The position numbers and the translations under genes are program-made. A stretch of 64,000 nucleotides of DNA from the NCBI GenBank assembly GCA_965208835.1, contig OZ242358.1, forward strand, positions 4,704,001-4,768,000. Reading direction: 5' to 3'. The stretch comes from Candidatus Latescibacterota bacterium (GTDB taxonomy: Bacteria; Latescibacterota; UBA2968; GCA-2709665). The notes under the pieces are model-generated. The model ran no database searches, was not told the DNA's origin, and saw only the letters and a list, made by a program, of their open reading frames with translations. How positions within the stretch are numbered: position 1 is the stretch's first letter; each line of letters opens with the position of its first letter. This document shows, one piece after another, positions 62,822 to 64,000 of the stretch.

Positions 62822-63061
62822 AAAAAAGCCCGGAAAACAGGTTCACGCGACAGCCGTGGAGAGATGATTCCGCCACTGGAATCCGGCTGCCGGGTACGTC
62901 TCCTGTTTCCGGGCTTTTTAAATGCAGTCCGAAATGTCAGGATATGCAGTTTCGGGGGAACGGAGGATATCCGAATCCGGTAACCTCGGAGAACGGCCGG
63001 AGGGGTATCGGCCCCGGGGTTCCGGAAGAAGGGTTGTCTCAATCGCCTGCCTGTTGAGAAC
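62822..63061 (-). ncRNA. Candidate ~240-nt structured small RNA (unassigned family)
   Basis: Promoter TTGACT-17-TATCTT (63096-63068), four successive hairpins, terminal long stem with U6, no credible ORF. Confidence 0.5.
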
Positions 63062-63438
63062 ACTTGAAAGATAAGCCAATGTTTTTATTCAGTCAAGGGG
63101 AAGTTTGCCCTAATATACTGTTTTACATTATCTTGTGGTCCATCGGTCGAGTCATACCTTATATAGATTTCCGTGCGGCGGTCCATCGGAATCAGCATCT
63201 CCCCCCATTCGCCGCGCGTGGTTTTGCGCATACGCTGGACGAAGTCGGCCTTCCCGCCGCTTCCGGTACCGTCACAGCCCGGAAAGAAACCATATCGACC
63301 CGTTGACCCCGGAAGGTGGGCATTCCAACCTCACGCAATGACAGATACTTGTGGACAGAATTCCTGATCAGCGCTATCTTCAACACGCCTTTACACAGAC
63401 TGAGCTTCCACGTTTATCATCGTTGACGCAATCGACCC

Positions 63439-64000
63439 ATGCCGCATACGCTTACCATAACACAGGCGGCGGAGGAAATCCGGTCGGGCCGTCTTTCTCC
63501 GCTGGAGCTTCTTCAAGCCTGTCTCTCACAGATCGACGCCCTGGACAGCCGCCTGCATGCCTGGGTCCACGTCGACAGGGAAGGCGCCGAGCAACGCGCA
63601 CGGGTTCTTCAGGAGGAACTTGCCCGCGGCCGGTACCGTGGTCCCCTTCATGGGATTCCAATCGGGATAAAGGACATCATCGACGTGGAGGGCCTGCCCA
63701 CCGCCGCCGGCGCACGGCATCTCTACAACCGGGTTCCGGATGAAGATGCAGCGGTGGTCGCCCGATTGCGCAGGTCCGGCGCGGTCATCCACGGCAAAAC
63801 GGTTACCACGCCATTTGCGTGTTTCGATCCGGCGGAAACCAGGAACCCCTGGAACCCCGATCATACGCCCGGCGGCTCCAGCAGCGGTTCGGCCGCCGCC
63901 GTCGCGGCGCGCATGTGTCCCGCCGCCCTGGGGTCCCAGACCGGCGGATCCATCAGCAGACCCGCGGCGTATTGCGGCCTCGTGGGTCTGAAACCCACCT
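63439..64000 (+). CDS. Amidase signature family protein (3' truncated by window edge)
   Basis: Own translation: MPHTLTITQAAEEIRSG...GPLHGIPIGIKD...PGGSSSGSAAAV...GSQTGGSISRPAAYCG. Confidence 0.92.
   Translation, partial: MPHTLTITQAAEEIRSGRLSPLELLQACLSQIDALDSRLHAWVHVDREGAEQRARVLQEELARGRYRGPLHGIPIGIKDIIDVEGLPTAAGARHLYNRVPDEDAAVVARLRRSGAVIHGKTVTTPFACFDPAETRNPWNPDHTPGGSSSGSAAAVAARMCPAALGSQTGGSISRPAAYCGLVGLKPT

Noticed and set aside
62188-63063. 291-aa minus-strand ORF starting near the candidate sRNA start
   Set aside because: Runs antisense through rlmH and across a terminator; non-protein-like composition
63137-63189. 10-bp direct repeat GGTCCATCGG upstream of the amidase
   Set aside because: Two copies only; cannot be distinguished from chance

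Overview
GC-rich (~60%) bacterial chromosomal window. The protein repertoire (FlgD/T9SS-like 'YPNxPNPFNPST' C-terminal tail, MacB-type permeases, ankyrin protein, short RpoD-like sigma) suggests an FCB-group lineage such as Latescibacterota/Gemmatimonadota; this is inference only. The left half (1-38 kb) is accessory/catabolic: aminotransferase plus E1 alpha/beta dehydrogenase, NhaC transporter, inverted VapC/Phd toxin-antitoxin pair, HelD-like helicase, Asp-box protein, ankyrin protein, two MacB-like permeases, a UvrA/nucleotidyltransferase/GNAT/VOC run, 5'-nucleotidase, a repeat lipoprotein, SDRs, TauD, QueD, HinT, YidD, Lgt and an AAA ATPase. The right half is mostly housekeeping: purH-like, sigma factors, acs, queC, groESL with CIRCE, secA, nusB, rib operon with frameshifted ribD, SpoIVB-like peptidase, rlmH, amidase. 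No rRNA, tRNA, CRISPR array, transposase or integrase was seen. Most notable: (i) a CxxC/His + C-terminal RAPP leader peptide and structured leader ahead of a triple-repeat His/acidic lipoprotein; (ii) a ~240-nt promoter-to-terminator candidate sRNA next to rlmH; (iii) an ECF sigma/anti-sigma operon whose HtrA-PDZ protein has lost all three catalytic residues; (iv) two tandem permeases that both appear to start at ATT; (v) two inverted degenerate 8-mer arrays inside operons; (vi) a 162-bp MITE. All family calls are by motif recognition without database searches.
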